A stretch of DNA of 64,000 nucleotides from Patescibacteria group bacterium (GTDB lineage Bacteria > Patescibacteriota > WWE3 > UBA101185 > UBA10185): NCBI GenBank assembly GCA_018825365.1, contig JAHJEV010000003.1, positions 317,387-381,386 on the forward strand, given 5' to 3'. A model generated the notes under the pieces. The model was given only the letters and a program-made list of their open reading frames with translations, was not told the DNA's origin and did no database searches. The translations under genes were made by a program, and so were the position numbers. Every line of letters begins with the position of its first letter. Positions within the stretch are counted from its first letter, which is position 1. Positions 33,213-42,356 of the stretch are shown piece after piece.

Positions 33213-34189
33213 TATTTAACAATCAAATAATTAGAACCTAGCCTTCTGAAAGCCTCGATAATTGATTTTAGCTCTTTAGACGAAGTTTTTGCTAATAGTA
33301 AGTTAAGTGTCTCCTTACCTGTGCTATTGAGAGTCATCAGAAAAGCTTTTCCCTCTACGGGAATACTTGGTTTAATAGATGCAAAATTAGGATTAAGACC
33401 TAAACTTTTGGTTAAACCATCTTTGGAGGATGTCACCTCAGTCATAAGAATCTGACTTTCCGAAACTACCAAAGCATCCTCAATTTTTTGAATCTTCCAC
33501 CCCGCATAATCCTTTATTTTCAGATCGGGGTTTGTTGGAAAGAAAATAAACACCATACTATTAACACCTTCAGTGTTTTTTGCAAAAAAGGAATAGCTCG
33601 TACCAAGATCTTTAGCATTATCTATAACAAAAGATGAAAAACCTATCCCTAAAAATCCAAAATATGATTCTACTAAATCCACACCGTTGAAATTTGCATA
33701 TAAATCCACGTCATAAGGAACAAACTCGGCCGCTTTTTTATCAACAAACGGGCCGTTTACTATAGAAGTCTCCAAATATACTGTGTTTTTATTGTCAGTT
33801 TCTTTGGTCTGTGTGTTAACACTCTGCGAAGTTTGCTTGACTGGCCCTTCCTCAACTTTTTTAGGAAACACCTGCATAGTTAAGTAATAAAAACAAACCG
33901 TAAGTCCGACTAATACTACCGACAATGCTAGAAAAATTTTTAAATTGGCAAATGTTAAGATTTTCGGAATAGTTTTCTCAACGGACTTTTTTACGGCCGA
34001 ACCAACTCCAACTTTAGGCTTTATTTCATAAACATCCCTTGGAGAATAATCTTTTAACTGAAGGTTTTCGGGTAGCACACTCCCGCACTTAGAACAAAAG
34101 TAAATATCGTTTCTATGAAGCTCAAGCTTACAAAAAGGGCAGATTCTTTTCATTACCATTATTATATTGATTGAAGACCTAACCAACAA
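33212..34189 (-). CDS. Membrane protein with N-terminal cytoplasmic zinc-ribbon, single TM and an extracytoplasmic domain
   Basis: 325 aa; CPFCKLELHRNDIYFCSKCGSVLPE zinc ribbon, TM (LALSVVLVGLTVCFYYL), then a ~230-aa domain of unknown function; its stop overlaps the start of the Lon-like ATPase by 1 nt. Confidence 0.5.
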   Translation of the reverse strand: MLVRSSINIIMVMKRICPFCKLELHRNDIYFCSKCGSVLPENLQLKDYSPRDVYEIKPKVGVGSAVKKSVEKTIPKILTFANLKIFLALSVVLVGLTVCFYYLTMQVFPKKVEEGPVKQTSQSVNTQTKETDNKNTVYLETSIVNGPFVDKKAAEFVPYDVDLYANFNGVDLVESYFGFLGIGFSSFVIDNAKDLGTSYSFFAKNTEGVNSMVFIFFPTNPDLKIKDYAGWKIQKIEDALVVSESQILMTEVTSSKDGLTKSLGLNPNFASIKPSIPVEGKAFLMTLNSTGKETLNLLLAKTSSKELKSIIEAFRRLGSNYLIVK

Positions 34190-34204
34190 GCATAACTGCT
34201 TGGT

Positions 34205-36427
34205 TTACCTTCTTCCGCCTCTGTCAAAAGTGCCTCTTCTACCTCCGGCTCTGTCATTCCCACCTCTAAAACCGCCATTTCTTGGTCTTGCGGGTCTTTC
34301 ATTTGCAACATAATTTGGATCTTCAACAGCTCTTTTTGATAGACTGAATTTTCCGTTCTCGCCTGTTTCGATTACTTTCACTTTGACGGCGTCACCTATC
34401 TTTAAGTAATCCTCAACATTTTTGACATATGTATCTGCAATCTCACTCACATGCAAAAGTCCTACTTTTCCCGGTAAAACTTCAACCAAAGCTCCGAAAT
34501 CAAGCAAGTCTTTAACTGTTCCGTCGTAAACTTCTCCAACTTTAACGTCTTTTGTTAATGCTTCAACTATCTTTAGGGCCTTTTCAGCCTTTTCCTTATC
34601 AGGGGATGAAACTACAACCTTTCCGGTATCTTCAATTGATATCTCGGTCCCAGTTTTTTCCTGAATTTCTTTAATAGTTTTTCCTCCGGTTCCTATAATC
34701 ACACCAATTTTTGAAGGGTCAATCATTATAGTCAGCATCTTTGGAGCATACTTGGAAACTTCCTCTCTTGGAGAACTTATCGCCTTTTGCATTTCACCCA
34801 GGATGTGCATTCTTCCCTCTTTTGACTGATCAAAAATTTCTGAAAGAAGTTCCATGGGAATACCTTTTGCTTTTATGTCGCACTGAATTGCCGTAACACC
34901 GTCCTTAGTTCCAGCTATTTTTAAATCCATAAATCCACCGGCATCTTCTTCACCGGCAAGGTCAGTTAGGATTTTGTACTTCTTAAACGTTTCATCCTCA
35001 ACAATAAGTCCCATTGCGATACCGCTTACAACATCCTTGATAGGAACACCTGCGTCCATCAACGCAAGGGCAGAGCCACAAGTCGCTGCCATGGAGGAAG
35101 AGCCATTTGAAGATATGATTTCTGAAACAAGCATTATTGTGTATGGAAACTCCTCCTGGTCCGGAATTACCGGTCTTAAAGCCTTTTCCGCAATCATTCC
35201 GTGACCTATTTCTCTTGCTCCGGGTGCTCCAAATCTGCCAACCTCACCGACAGAGTATGGGGGGAAGTTGTAATAGTGAAGGTATCTTTTATTTTTCTCA
35301 CCGTACATATCCTGAATTAAAAGTTCATCCGACGGAGATCCAAGAGTACAGATTGTTAAAGACTGTGTTTCACCTCTTGTGAAAAGGGCACTTCCGTGTG
35401 TTCTTGGTAAAACTCCAACCTTAATAGAAATTGGTCTAACTTCCGTGGTTTTTCTTCCGTCAATTCTTTTTCCTTCATCCAAAACTATTTTTCTTACAAC
35501 TTCTTTTTTAATGTTCTCAAAAGCAAGTTCCATATCTACTTTTTTGTATGTTCCTTCGAATTTTTCAAACATCTCCTCTCTTACTTCCCAAAGCTCATCG
35601 TTAATATCCTGTTTTCCGTCATCTTTTCCTTTGGATCTCATTATTTTCTCTACCTTTTCACCAACTAAAGCTTGAATTTCATTCATTGTCTCCTCAGATA
35701 GTGCTTTTGATTTGTATTCATATTTTTTATTTTCCGGATTTACTTCTTTAACAAAATCTTCAATAAGTTTTAGAAGGGGTTTTACACCGTCTCGAGCAAA
35801 GTTTATAGCTTCAAGTATTTTTTCCTCAGGAAGTATGTTAGCCTCAACTTCTGCGGCAAGAAATTTTTGATCCTCGCCTGAGAATGAAACCATCATGTCC
35901 AAATCGCTTTCTTCTTCAAGCTGTTTTAGGGTTGGGCACATCACAAGCTCCCCATTTATCAAGCCAATTCTCGCAGTTATCATATGGTGGTACCAAGGGA
36001 CATCGCTCGCTTGCAAACACGCGGAGGATGCAATCATACTTAAAAACTCGGGGTCGGCTTCTTCATCCAAGGATAAAACCATAACAACAAGCTGAACCTC
36101 ATCCATGTAATCCTTGGGAAATAGCGGTCTTATTGCGTGATCTACAGTTCTTCTGGCGATAATCGCATCATCAGTAGCCCGTCCTTCTCTTTTTACAAAC
36201 CTTGAGCTTTTTATGCTGCCACTTGCATAAAGCTTTTCTTCATACTGAACTCTCAAACCCAAAAAATCCGTGTCAATAGTGGGCTCACCAGATACAACTG
36301 TAACTAACAAAACCGAATCGCCATAAGTTGCCTTGACTGCCATATTGGCGCGCAAAGCTAACTCTCCGGTTTCAAGGACTAACTTTTTACCGGCGAAATC
36401 TATTTCTTTTCTTATAATTTTATTCAT
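34205..36427 (-). CDS. pnp: Polyribonucleotide nucleotidyltransferase (PNPase) with C-terminal RGG-rich tail
   Basis: 740 aa; two RNase PH domains, KH and S1 domains; tail RPARPRNGGFRGGNDRAGGRRGTFDRGGRR. Confidence 0.95.
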   Translation of the reverse strand: MNKIIRKEIDFAGKKLVLETGELALRANMAVKATYGDSVLLVTVVSGEPTIDTDFLGLRVQYEEKLYASGSIKSSRFVKREGRATDDAIIARRTVDHAIRPLFPKDYMDEVQLVVMVLSLDEEADPEFLSMIASSACLQASDVPWYHHMITARIGLINGELVMCPTLKQLEEESDLDMMVSFSGEDQKFLAAEVEANILPEEKILEAINFARDGVKPLLKLIEDFVKEVNPENKKYEYKSKALSEETMNEIQALVGEKVEKIMRSKGKDDGKQDINDELWEVREEMFEKFEGTYKKVDMELAFENIKKEVVRKIVLDEGKRIDGRKTTEVRPISIKVGVLPRTHGSALFTRGETQSLTICTLGSPSDELLIQDMYGEKNKRYLHYYNFPPYSVGEVGRFGAPGAREIGHGMIAEKALRPVIPDQEEFPYTIMLVSEIISSNGSSSMAATCGSALALMDAGVPIKDVVSGIAMGLIVEDETFKKYKILTDLAGEEDAGGFMDLKIAGTKDGVTAIQCDIKAKGIPMELLSEIFDQSKEGRMHILGEMQKAISSPREEVSKYAPKMLTIMIDPSKIGVIIGTGGKTIKEIQEKTGTEISIEDTGKVVVSSPDKEKAEKALKIVEALTKDVKVGEVYDGTVKDLLDFGALVEVLPGKVGLLHVSEIADTYVKNVEDYLKIGDAVKVKVIETGENGKFSLSKRAVEDPNYVANERPARPRNGGFRGGNDRAGGRRGTFDRGGRR

Positions 36428-36557
36428 TTTTCTTCTTTTTATGGGGATTTATCAAGAGGATTAAGACTCAAGATACTGTGCACTTCCTTATGCAAAATAT
36501 CTCACTTCCTAACCCCGTTTAATATTTCCTCAATTAATAAATATTTACGGATTATCC

Positions 36558-36827
36558 TTACTTGGACAACTCTAACTTTTCAACTAGTGAGCCGTACCTC
36601 TCCTCATCTTTTCTTTTCAAGTAAGACAAAAGCCTTCTTCTTTTGTTTACCATCTGAAGCAAACCTCTTCTTGAATGGTTATCTTTCTTATGAAGCTTCA
36701 AATGGTCAGATAGTTTAACAATTTTCTCACTTAACAAAGCCACCTGAACCTCTGGGGATCCTGTGTCAGCCTCATGAAGTCGGCTTGATTTTATGATCTG
36801 TACCTTCTTTTCCTTGATTAGAGCCAT
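36558..36827 (-). CDS. rpsO: 30S ribosomal protein S15
   Basis: 89 aa; typical S15 sequence; upstream of pnp as in most bacteria. Confidence 0.9.
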   Translation of the reverse strand: MALIKEKKVQIIKSSRLHEADTGSPEVQVALLSEKIVKLSDHLKLHKKDNHSRRGLLQMVNKRRRLLSYLKRKDEERYGSLVEKLELSK

Positions 36828-36872
36828 AATTAACTAAAAAATACTAGCAAAAACCCGAAAAAAATGCAAGGG

Positions 36873-37523
36873 TTAGATGCCCTTCCTGCTTGTAATTCCC
36901 CTAAGCAAGGCTTCCGCAGCCTTCTCGTTGACCCTTAAGTTCCATCTTAAGGATTTTTCTAAAACAAGCAGACTTAAACTATTTACATTAGAATCAATAA
37001 TATTGATAGTTCCAAATCTTTGGTTTCTCTCTGTATTATCAAGATTTAATATATCTGATTTTGCGAAATCTTCGTAAAGTTCGCTGTATGTTTGACCAAA
37101 ATCCTCCGGCATTTGGGCACCGATTGTGATTATCGTGTCAAAATTAAAACCTCTAACTACTGGCATTACTCGGGCAAGATCAAAATCCTTACTAATTGGG
37201 GCAACTGTTAGGTATAAAACATTGTTTTCGGTTGAGTAATGAACCTTTGAGGCATCTGTTCCGGAATAATCAACGGAAACCAAAAGTTCTCTTCCCGTGA
37301 CATTTGAAGTAATATCAACATCTTTAAGGTCGCCAAATTCCTCTGGTCTAGAGCCCGGATAAACTATAGTTACATTCTTGTTTTCTTCTCTAAGCATGTG
37401 AAAAAGACCGAGTGCTGATGCGAACGCGTCAACACCCGCAATTTTTGAAGGTACAATGGCAATACTTTTTGCCCCATGGATAAGATCTATTATTTGACTT
37501 GTTTTATCAACTTCATTATTCAT
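36873..37523 (-). CDS. Degenerate DHH-family (NrnA-like) phosphoesterase homolog, probably catalytically inactive
   Basis: 216 aa; colinear with the NrnA N-terminal DHH domain, but the HRHxDxD motif is replaced by VPSKIAGVD and the GDTG motif by TSRKG; no DHHA1 domain. It occupies the rbfA/truB position between infB and rpsO. Confidence 0.45.
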   Translation of the reverse strand: MNNEVDKTSQIIDLIHGAKSIAIVPSKIAGVDAFASALGLFHMLREENKNVTIVYPGSRPEEFGDLKDVDITSNVTGRELLVSVDYSGTDASKVHYSTENNVLYLTVAPISKDFDLARVMPVVRGFNFDTIITIGAQMPEDFGQTYSELYEDFAKSDILNLDNTERNQRFGTINIIDSNVNSLSLLVLEKSLRWNLRVNEKAAEALLRGITSRKGI

Positions 37524-37631
37524 ATAAATTTAGTTGGCAGGGATACTTTAAGCGAGAGTTTACTATCGTATCAGAATCACAGGGATTCTACAACATAGAC
37601 CCTATAGTGTCAAGGAGAAACGGATATTGGA

Positions 37632-39122
37632 TTAAAGCACTTCCAGGTACATTTCTTCTGCAATTTCATTGTACTGGGGTTTTAGCAGCACACCGCACTC
37701 ATTGTCTTTACCTACCACATCGGTATCATCTTTACCTTTTTTAAGTTTTTTAACCGCTGCGTAAAAGAGTGGTTCGTCCTCTTTTGTTAGATCAGCTGGG
37801 TTTTTATCATATATTGCAACCCTGGATTTTACCTTTAAAGCTCCGGCTAAAACCTTGCAACCAATGACAATATCCCCAGATTTCAGTTTGAAAAGTTTGA
37901 CAACCTTCGCTCTACCCTTAATTTTTGACGTTTCCGTGGTTGCAGTTCCTTCAATAAGCTTTTCTACATCATCAATAAGTTCATAAATGGTTCTATAAGA
38001 CCTGACTAAAACGCCTGAGGATTCCGCTAAATCTTCAACTGCAGCCGGAATTCTTACGTCAAATCCTATTACAACACCCTTTCCTCCTTGAGCCAGCATC
38101 ACATCAGACTCATTCATGTCCCCAGTTCCAGTGTGTAAAAACTTTAATGCATAAGTAGTTTCGGCCGATGACGTAACCAAATCAGCCAGACTGCCCTTAA
38201 CGGCCTCCAAAGTTCCCTGAGTATCAGCTTTTAATACCACGGAGATGGTTCTTTTTGCGTCTTTTCCGATAATTTCAACCTTATCCTCGTCAATTGCAAG
38301 TTCGGCAAGTTCACTTCCTTTTGCTAAAATCAAATCTCCAACATGTGGAACCTTACTAAATCCCAGTATTTCAACAGGATCAGAAGGTCCTGCCTGTTTA
38401 ACAAGATTTCCTTCATCGTCAGATAAAGACTTTACTTTTGCTTCACATCCGGAAGCAGAAACCCTGTCCCCGAGCCTTAAAGTCCCATTTCTAACAATAC
38501 ATGAGACCACAACACCTTTTTTTCTATCCAAGCGAGATTCAATAACAACAGCTTCAAGATCTCCGTTTGGGTCTCCCTTAAGACTTAACATCTCCGAAAG
38601 TGCGATTATTGCGTCCAAAAGCGTATCTACACCCTCACCTGTCTTGGCAGAAAGTTCAACTGATAGCTCATTCCCACCCCAATCTTCCACCAAGACACTC
38701 TCTAAAGATAATTCTTGCTTAACTTTTCTTGAATCCGCCCCTGGTTTATCTATTTTATTTATTGCAACGATGATTGGAGCTTGGGCTGCCTTAATATGAG
38801 AAATTGCCTCTTTGGTCTGAGGCTTAACTCCTTCATCCGCAGCCACAACCAAAACGACGATGTCTGCGGCCTTTCCGCCTCTTGCTCTCATTTGTGTAAA
38901 AGCAGCGTGTCCGGGTGTATCAATAAAAGTTATTTTTTTATTTTTATGGGTAATTTGATAGGCACCTATATGTTGAGTTATACCACCATATTCTTTTTCG
39001 GTGAGGTTTGTTTTCCTTATAGCATCAAGTATGCTTGTTTTACCATGGTCGACGTGCCCCATAATCGTGACAATCGGAGCTCTGATATTTTTTTCACTTG
39101 TGTTTTTCTTAGTATTAACCAT
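37632..39122 (-). CDS. infB: Translation initiation factor IF-2, short form lacking a long N-terminal region
   Basis: 496 aa; G-domain [12 protein letters not shown] and DTPGH, followed by the IF-2 beta-barrel domains. Confidence 0.9.
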   Translation of the reverse strand: MVNTKKNTSEKNIRAPIVTIMGHVDHGKTSILDAIRKTNLTEKEYGGITQHIGAYQITHKNKKITFIDTPGHAAFTQMRARGGKAADIVVLVVAADEGVKPQTKEAISHIKAAQAPIIVAINKIDKPGADSRKVKQELSLESVLVEDWGGNELSVELSAKTGEGVDTLLDAIIALSEMLSLKGDPNGDLEAVVIESRLDRKKGVVVSCIVRNGTLRLGDRVSASGCEAKVKSLSDDEGNLVKQAGPSDPVEILGFSKVPHVGDLILAKGSELAELAIDEDKVEIIGKDAKRTISVVLKADTQGTLEAVKGSLADLVTSSAETTYALKFLHTGTGDMNESDVMLAQGGKGVVIGFDVRIPAAVEDLAESSGVLVRSYRTIYELIDDVEKLIEGTATTETSKIKGRAKVVKLFKLKSGDIVIGCKVLAGALKVKSRVAIYDKNPADLTKEDEPLFYAAVKKLKKGKDDTDVVGKDNECGVLLKPQYNEIAEEMYLEVL

Positions 39123-39177
39123 GTCTTCTTTTTTATTTTGGCAGTCATTAATTTAAATATATTAAAACTGCGTCTCA

Positions 39178-40389
39178 TTACTCTTTGTCCGCAACTTGTT
39201 TTGCAGCGGCAGTTTCATCAGATTTAGAAGCCTCTTCTTCTGCTGGTTCCTCTATTGGTTCTTCCGTCTTTTCCATTGCGGCTTCGACTGCGGCCTTCTC
39301 TTCGGCTTTAGCTTGCTTTTTTACTTCCTCAGCATCATTGAATTTCTTTATTTCAGCATCCCAGACTCCGACAACCTTGTCACTTGTCGATTCCCTAACC
39401 GAGCCACCTTGTACAGCATCGCTTGAAAATACACCAGCAATTCCCTTAATATCGATCTTCCATTTAGTAAGTTTATTAGCTAATCTTGCGTTTTGGCCTT
39501 CTTTTCCGATTGCCAAGCTTTGCTGATCTTCAGGAACAGTAACTGTTGCTCTCTTCTCTGCCTGATCAAGCTCAACTTCTGATACTTTTGCGGGTGACAA
39601 ACTGGAAGCAACAAATTTTTCGGTGTTGTTTGAAAATGGAACAATGTCAATCTTTTCTCCAAAAAGCTCTGAAATTATTGACTGAACTCTTACACCTTTT
39701 TGTCCCACACAGCTTCCAACCGGATCAACCTTTTCATCTTTTGAAGAAACGGCCATTTTAGTCCTGGAACCGGCCTCTCTTGCTATTGCTTCTATAACGA
39801 CAACTCCGGAGGCAATTTCAGGAACTTCCTGCTCAAAAAGTCTCACAATAAATTTTGGATCTGCCCTTGATACGATTATCTCAGTTCCCCTCGGAGTATC
39901 TTGAATATCTTTAACCAAAACCTTAAGTCTCTGATTCATTCTGTAATTTTCGGCAGGAACCTGCTCGCCTCTTGGCATCACACCCTGGCTTCTGTTTTTG
40001 CCCATATCCAAGGTTATAATTCCCTTTTCCATTCTAAATACTATTCCAGTTACTATCTGACCTATTTTTTCTTTAAATTCCGCCGTGACAACGTCCTTTT
40101 CTGTTTCTCTGATCTTTTGAACCATTACTTGTTTAGCAGTTTGGGCCGCTATTCTTCCAAAACCGGACGGAGTTACGTCCATTCCGTCTTTTAATATTCT
40201 TACCTCACCTGTATCGGGGTTTAGATCCACAATAATTTCCTCAAGTTCAACTACTTCTCCAATTTCTTTTCTATCTTTTTTATATGCTGTAGCTAAAGCT
40301 GATTTAACCGATTCAAGAACACTTTCTACAGTTATTCCTTTTTCGGCTGCAACCTGACTTATCGCTGCATTAAATTCTGACATTGCCAT
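39178..40389 (-). CDS. nusA: Transcription termination/antitermination factor NusA with acidic C-terminal tail
   Basis: 403 aa; S1 and tandem KH domains; C-terminal Glu/Ala/Lys-rich tail. Confidence 0.9.
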   Translation of the reverse strand: MAMSEFNAAISQVAAEKGITVESVLESVKSALATAYKKDRKEIGEVVELEEIIVDLNPDTGEVRILKDGMDVTPSGFGRIAAQTAKQVMVQKIRETEKDVVTAEFKEKIGQIVTGIVFRMEKGIITLDMGKNRSQGVMPRGEQVPAENYRMNQRLKVLVKDIQDTPRGTEIIVSRADPKFIVRLFEQEVPEIASGVVVIEAIAREAGSRTKMAVSSKDEKVDPVGSCVGQKGVRVQSIISELFGEKIDIVPFSNNTEKFVASSLSPAKVSEVELDQAEKRATVTVPEDQQSLAIGKEGQNARLANKLTKWKIDIKGIAGVFSSDAVQGGSVRESTSDKVVGVWDAEIKKFNDAEEVKKQAKAEEKAAVEAAMEKTEEPIEEPAEEEASKSDETAAAKQVADKE

Positions 40390-40430
40390 ATTTTTCTACT
40401 CCTAAAACTTATAAACGTTGTAGTAAATTA

Positions 40431-40456
40431 TTAAAAAAAGTGGGACCGGCCCACTT
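40431..40456 (-). terminator. Rho-independent terminator-like hairpin downstream of the DGR reverse transcriptase
   Basis: On the minus strand, gcaagtgggccggtcccac forms a GC-rich hairpin followed by TTTTTTT; it lies between the RT stop (40579) and the nusA start. Confidence 0.45.
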
Positions 40457-40578
40457 GCAACAACTTTATTTCTTTACTACTTCGTTAACTTCTTACAACA
40501 ATAGGATACTATACCCTTGACAAAGCGGGGTCAACTAGCGGTATTTTGCTGACTTAGATCCTTTTTTCTTATCCGGGC

Positions 40579-41571
40579 TTATAAGTGAGATACTAACCTT
40601 GCAACCTCTTGTCGCAATCTATAAGTATTCCCATGAGAAATAAGCCCCAAATAAGATTGAGTGGTCTCCTTGTCACCGCCCTTATACACAATATTTCTAA
40701 ACATCCGCCTTTTAGTAGATGTCCTTAAAATTCTGCGATCGGGAAAGTGCACCCAACCGAGAAAGTCAATCCCAGACGCTACTGTTCTTAGCAGAGTTTT
40801 GTCTTCGTGAAGTTCCAAACGAAGGATTTCCCATAGAAATTCTTTGATCATGGGTAAAAGTCCTGCAAGTTCATTCTTATCGTGTGACATAAAAACAAAA
40901 TCATCTGCATAACGGAGATAAAACTTTACTTTCAAAACATGCTTAACGAATATATCAAATTTATTCATATAAATATTTGCAAAAAGCTGAGATGTGAGAT
41001 TTCCCAAAGGAATGCCTTTATTACCACCCGGGTCAAAACTATTAATAACCTCAGAAAGAACCCAAATAAGATTGTCATCTAAAATCGACTCTCTAAGCAT
41101 GCCAATAAGAATATCGTGGTCTATCGATGCAAAAAACTTCTTTATGTCACACTTTAGAACCCAGACGGTTTTTGTATTATTTTTTGAAACCTTAAAAGAA
41201 AACTTACAAAATCTATTAAGTGCGGCATGTAAACCTTTATCTATGCGACAGGAATAAGAATCAGCTATAAATTTTCTATCAAAGAATAGATAAAGTGTTC
41301 TATACAAAGCGTGGTGAAATAATCTATCCCTAACGGTAGCTTTATGAATAACTCTTGGCTTTGGATCGGAGATTTTAAATACCGTATATTTTGAGTGCTT
41401 ATAACTTTTGGTTTCCAAATCTTCATGTAGCTGAAGTATGTTTCCCATTAAGTTGCGTTCAAAAACCTGTACATCTTTTCTTGAACGCTTGCCATTCCTA
41501 AATTCCTTCCAAGCGACAAGAAGATTATCAAGAGAAATGATATCCTGATATTTATGAGTGAATTTAATCAT
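40579..41571 (-). CDS. Diversity-generating retroelement (DGR) reverse transcriptase
   Basis: 330 aa; RT motifs 1-2 (RVIHKATVRDRLFHHALYRTL, SYSCRIDKGLHAAL), the DGR-specific motif-4 variant LGNLTSQLFANIYMNKFD ([ILV]GxxxSQ rather than the group II QGxxxSP), and YLRYADDFVFMSHD; no maturase or endonuclease domains; adjacent TR/VR pair. Confidence 0.85.
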   Translation of the reverse strand: MIKFTHKYQDIISLDNLLVAWKEFRNGKRSRKDVQVFERNLMGNILQLHEDLETKSYKHSKYTVFKISDPKPRVIHKATVRDRLFHHALYRTLYLFFDRKFIADSYSCRIDKGLHAALNRFCKFSFKVSKNNTKTVWVLKCDIKKFFASIDHDILIGMLRESILDDNLIWVLSEVINSFDPGGNKGIPLGNLTSQLFANIYMNKFDIFVKHVLKVKFYLRYADDFVFMSHDKNELAGLLPMIKEFLWEILRLELHEDKTLLRTVASGIDFLGWVHFPDRRILRTSTKRRMFRNIVYKGGDKETTQSYLGLISHGNTYRLRQEVARLVSHL

Positions 41572-41657
41572 AAGTACATTACCCCCCCCCAGTCCAGCCC
41601 TCGTCTAAAAGTAACACGAATCTGTTACCGATAATAAAGCATGCTAAAGACATCTAT

Positions 41658-41978
41658 TTGGTGTGGTTTGGATATTTTCAAAAGCTTCCCAAAATACATA
41701 GGTATACTCTTGGACTCAGAATTGATAATTTGTTTGTAGAAATTATCGAAAACCTATCTTCCGCAAGCTTTTCAAAATCCTTAGAAAAACAAGACTTTAT
41801 AAATCTAACAATAAGAAAAAATGATACATTAAAAATTCTTGTGATGGTTCTTTGGGAGACAAAATCCATTGATGACAAAAAATATATTCTCCTGTCTGAA
41901 CAGTTGGATAAAATAGGTAAAATGCTCGGTGGCTGGATGTTACATTTGCAAAAACAAAACTCTCCCGGCAAAAGCTAG
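41658..41978 (+). CDS. avd: Avd-like accessory variability determinant (four-helix-bundle / 23S-IVS protein family), encoded antisense to RT and target
   Basis: 106 aa from a TTG start; the C-terminus LSEQLDKIGKMLGGWMLHLQKQ resembles the Avd/IVS family C-terminal helix (recalled BPP-1 Avd ...AEVGRILGSWIARVNRK); it lies between the TR and the RT. Confidence 0.6.
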   Translation: MVWFGYFQKLPKIHRYTLGLRIDNLFVEIIENLSSASFSKSLEKQDFINLTIRKNDTLKILVMVLWETKSIDDKKYILLSEQLDKIGKMLGGWMLHLQKQNSPGKS

Positions 41979-41997
41979 GAGAGAAATGAGAGGACTG

Positions 41998-42123
41998 GCG
42001 ACGAACAAAAACGAAGCGGTTGTTAGCATTCCAGAAGTTGTCGGGCTTACCATAGTAAGCGTAAAGCCAACGATCATCGTCATTGCGCTTGACGTCGAAT
42101 AGGTTCAGATCACCATCGGAGTC
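41998..42123 (-). repeat. DGR template repeat (TR), 126 nt, intergenic
   Basis: Identical to 42479..42604 at 114/126 positions (offset 481). On the coding (minus) strand the TR carries A at 11 of the 12 mismatch positions. In the VR reading frame the TR reads DSDGDLNLFDVKRNDDDRWLYAYYGKPDNFWNANNRFVFVRR, rich in AAC/AAT codons. Confidence 0.85.
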
Positions 42124-42356
42124 GTTACGTACAAAGTACCTTCTATACCACCACTTTTTGATTGCTCTTAAAGTTGAATCTTATTTGTGAACTAAATTCC
42201 CCCGGTACTCTGCACCAAGTATCCTCATTTTTTAAAGTTTAATACACCACTCTAACTTAAACCGTAATTTAAATTATTCCGGGTGTACGGACACTGGATT
42301 CGGTAGCAAAAACCTTAGTTGTTTGCGTATTCACCTAATACCAGTCTTATTTTAAC

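Noticed and set aside
40390-40578. A sigma70-like promoter for nusA in the RT-nusA spacer
   Set aside because: Candidate -35/-10 hexamers (e.g. TTGCAA ... TTTTTAAT around the terminator hairpin) have poor spacing or consensus. nusA may instead be read through from the RT terminator region or use a non-canonical promoter; not callable from sequence alone.
40579-41571. Interpreting the reverse transcriptase as a group II intron-encoded protein or a retron RT
   Set aside because: The ORF is only 330 aa with no maturase (X) or endonuclease domain and no recognisable intron domain V/VI RNA around it. Its motif 4 is the DGR-type LGxxxSQ rather than QGxxxSP, and a TR/VR pair with adenine-specific divergence plus an Avd-like gene sit next to it. 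Retron msr/msd inverted repeats were not evident.
41678-41971. Minus-strand 97-aa ORF overlapping the Avd-like gene (co-oriented with RT)
   Set aside because: The product is Cys-rich with no resemblance to Avd or any family, whereas the plus-strand frame has a convincing Avd/IVS-family C-terminal helix; treated as a shadow ORF. The avd strand issue is kept as a finding.
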